Below, piece after piece: positions 63,094 to 64,000 of a stretch of 64,000 nt of DNA. The stretch is from NCBI GenBank assembly GCA_016748015.1, contig JAAOMT010000400.1, positions 1 through 64,000 on the forward strand. The letters run 5' to 3'. Made by a program: the position numbers and the translations under genes. The stretch comes from Geosiphon pyriformis uo1. Taxonomy: Eukaryota; Fungi; Glomeromycota. Positions within the stretch are counted from its first letter, which is position 1; every line of letters begins with the position of its first letter. The notes beneath the pieces were generated by a model, which searched no databases, had not been told where the DNA came from, and saw nothing but the letters and a program-made list of their open reading frames with translations.

Positions 63094-64000
63094 AAAAAAT
63101 GGAAAATTGATCGTCCTAGCAGAATACCATAATACATTTCGATGAAAGAATTTCTGTATTTTAAGACAATCTGTATCACAATCAATCTATGTATATTCGC
63201 ATATATTAAATATTGAAATTGGGAAATTTTTTTTTTGTTTCCCAGTTATTTCAAAGTTAAATTGAAAAAGGGAATTAAAGGATTAAAAAAGGTTCAATTA
63301 TAATAAAATGATTTCTATTTTAAATCAAATGAAAATGATGATTTCATCGAGGTTTAACCTCCCCTAATCAAAATTTTTAAAATAATAATCAGCAATAAGA
63401 TAAAATAAAATGAAAATAAAATGAAATGAATGAATGAAATTAACTATTTTATGTTGTTTAAATTAAATAAATAAAAGACAAATAATAAAAATTAAAATTA
63501 AAAAAAAGTTTGTAAAATATTATCAGGCTTAATTATTCAGTGTTTTTGTGCTTTACAGCCTTTAGATAATCTTTTAACAAACTGGATAAATGAAATTTAT
63601 ACTAAAAAACGTTTTTAAAATTTTAAAAAGTTGTATTTTAAATCGGTTTTTAAAAATCTGTTGAAAAGATCTAATGACTTCAAAGATTAGGTTTTATAAG
63701 AATAACTTTTATTTTCTGTTAAATCATGACAACGGATCAATTTGAGCAATTTCAAATCTTCATCTTTCGTCTGTTTCCAAAGTTAAAATACCGTTACTGT
63801 TAACATATATATATATATATATATTTTTAATTCTTGATATTAAATTTGATCAAAATTCAAGGCTTCGGGGAAACATCAGAATTATAAGGCAAGTCCCATT
63901 TAAGGATTAAAAAAATCTTTATTATTAATATATTATTATTCTAAGTATTACCAACAATAAAATTAGATGAGAAACTCGATTCTTTCTAAAAACATCGTTC

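Noticed and set aside
62769-63185. 138-aa ORF with (LY)n
   Set aside because: Translation of the GATAYA microsatellite.
63600-64000. Possible gene fragment at the window end
   Set aside because: CpG-containing, but no convincing ORF or splice pattern within the window.

Overview
Eukaryotic, very AT-rich genomic DNA. The element types and gene style suggest an early-diverging fungus such as a Glomeromycotina/Geosiphon-like species (inference, not proven). Most of the window is nested, decayed retrotransposons. There are five copies of an L1-like LINE (ORF1 with a CCHC knuckle; ORF2 with APE-RT-RNase H-Zn; poly-A tail). There are also several Ty3/gypsy elements with an unusual layout: gag, protease, large Cys-rich insert, dUTPase, RT, RNase H, integrase and an extra ORF3. 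These have TGTTA...TAACA termini, 4-bp TSDs, a tRNA-Ile(UAU) PBS and at least five solo LTRs. Every element shows heavy C>T/G>A decay, and older layers are almost pure A/T. Two intact single-exon host genes lie in CpG-retaining islands: a two-RING E3 ligase (35115-36443, -) and an RTA1-like multi-TM protein (60462-61622, -). The most notable observations are the accessory domains of the gypsy elements, a conserved hairpin/pseudoknot in the LINE 3' UTR, RIP-like hypermutation of repeats, and a variable repeat module in the LTR U3 region. All alignments were done by eye, and boundaries in the most decayed regions are approximate.
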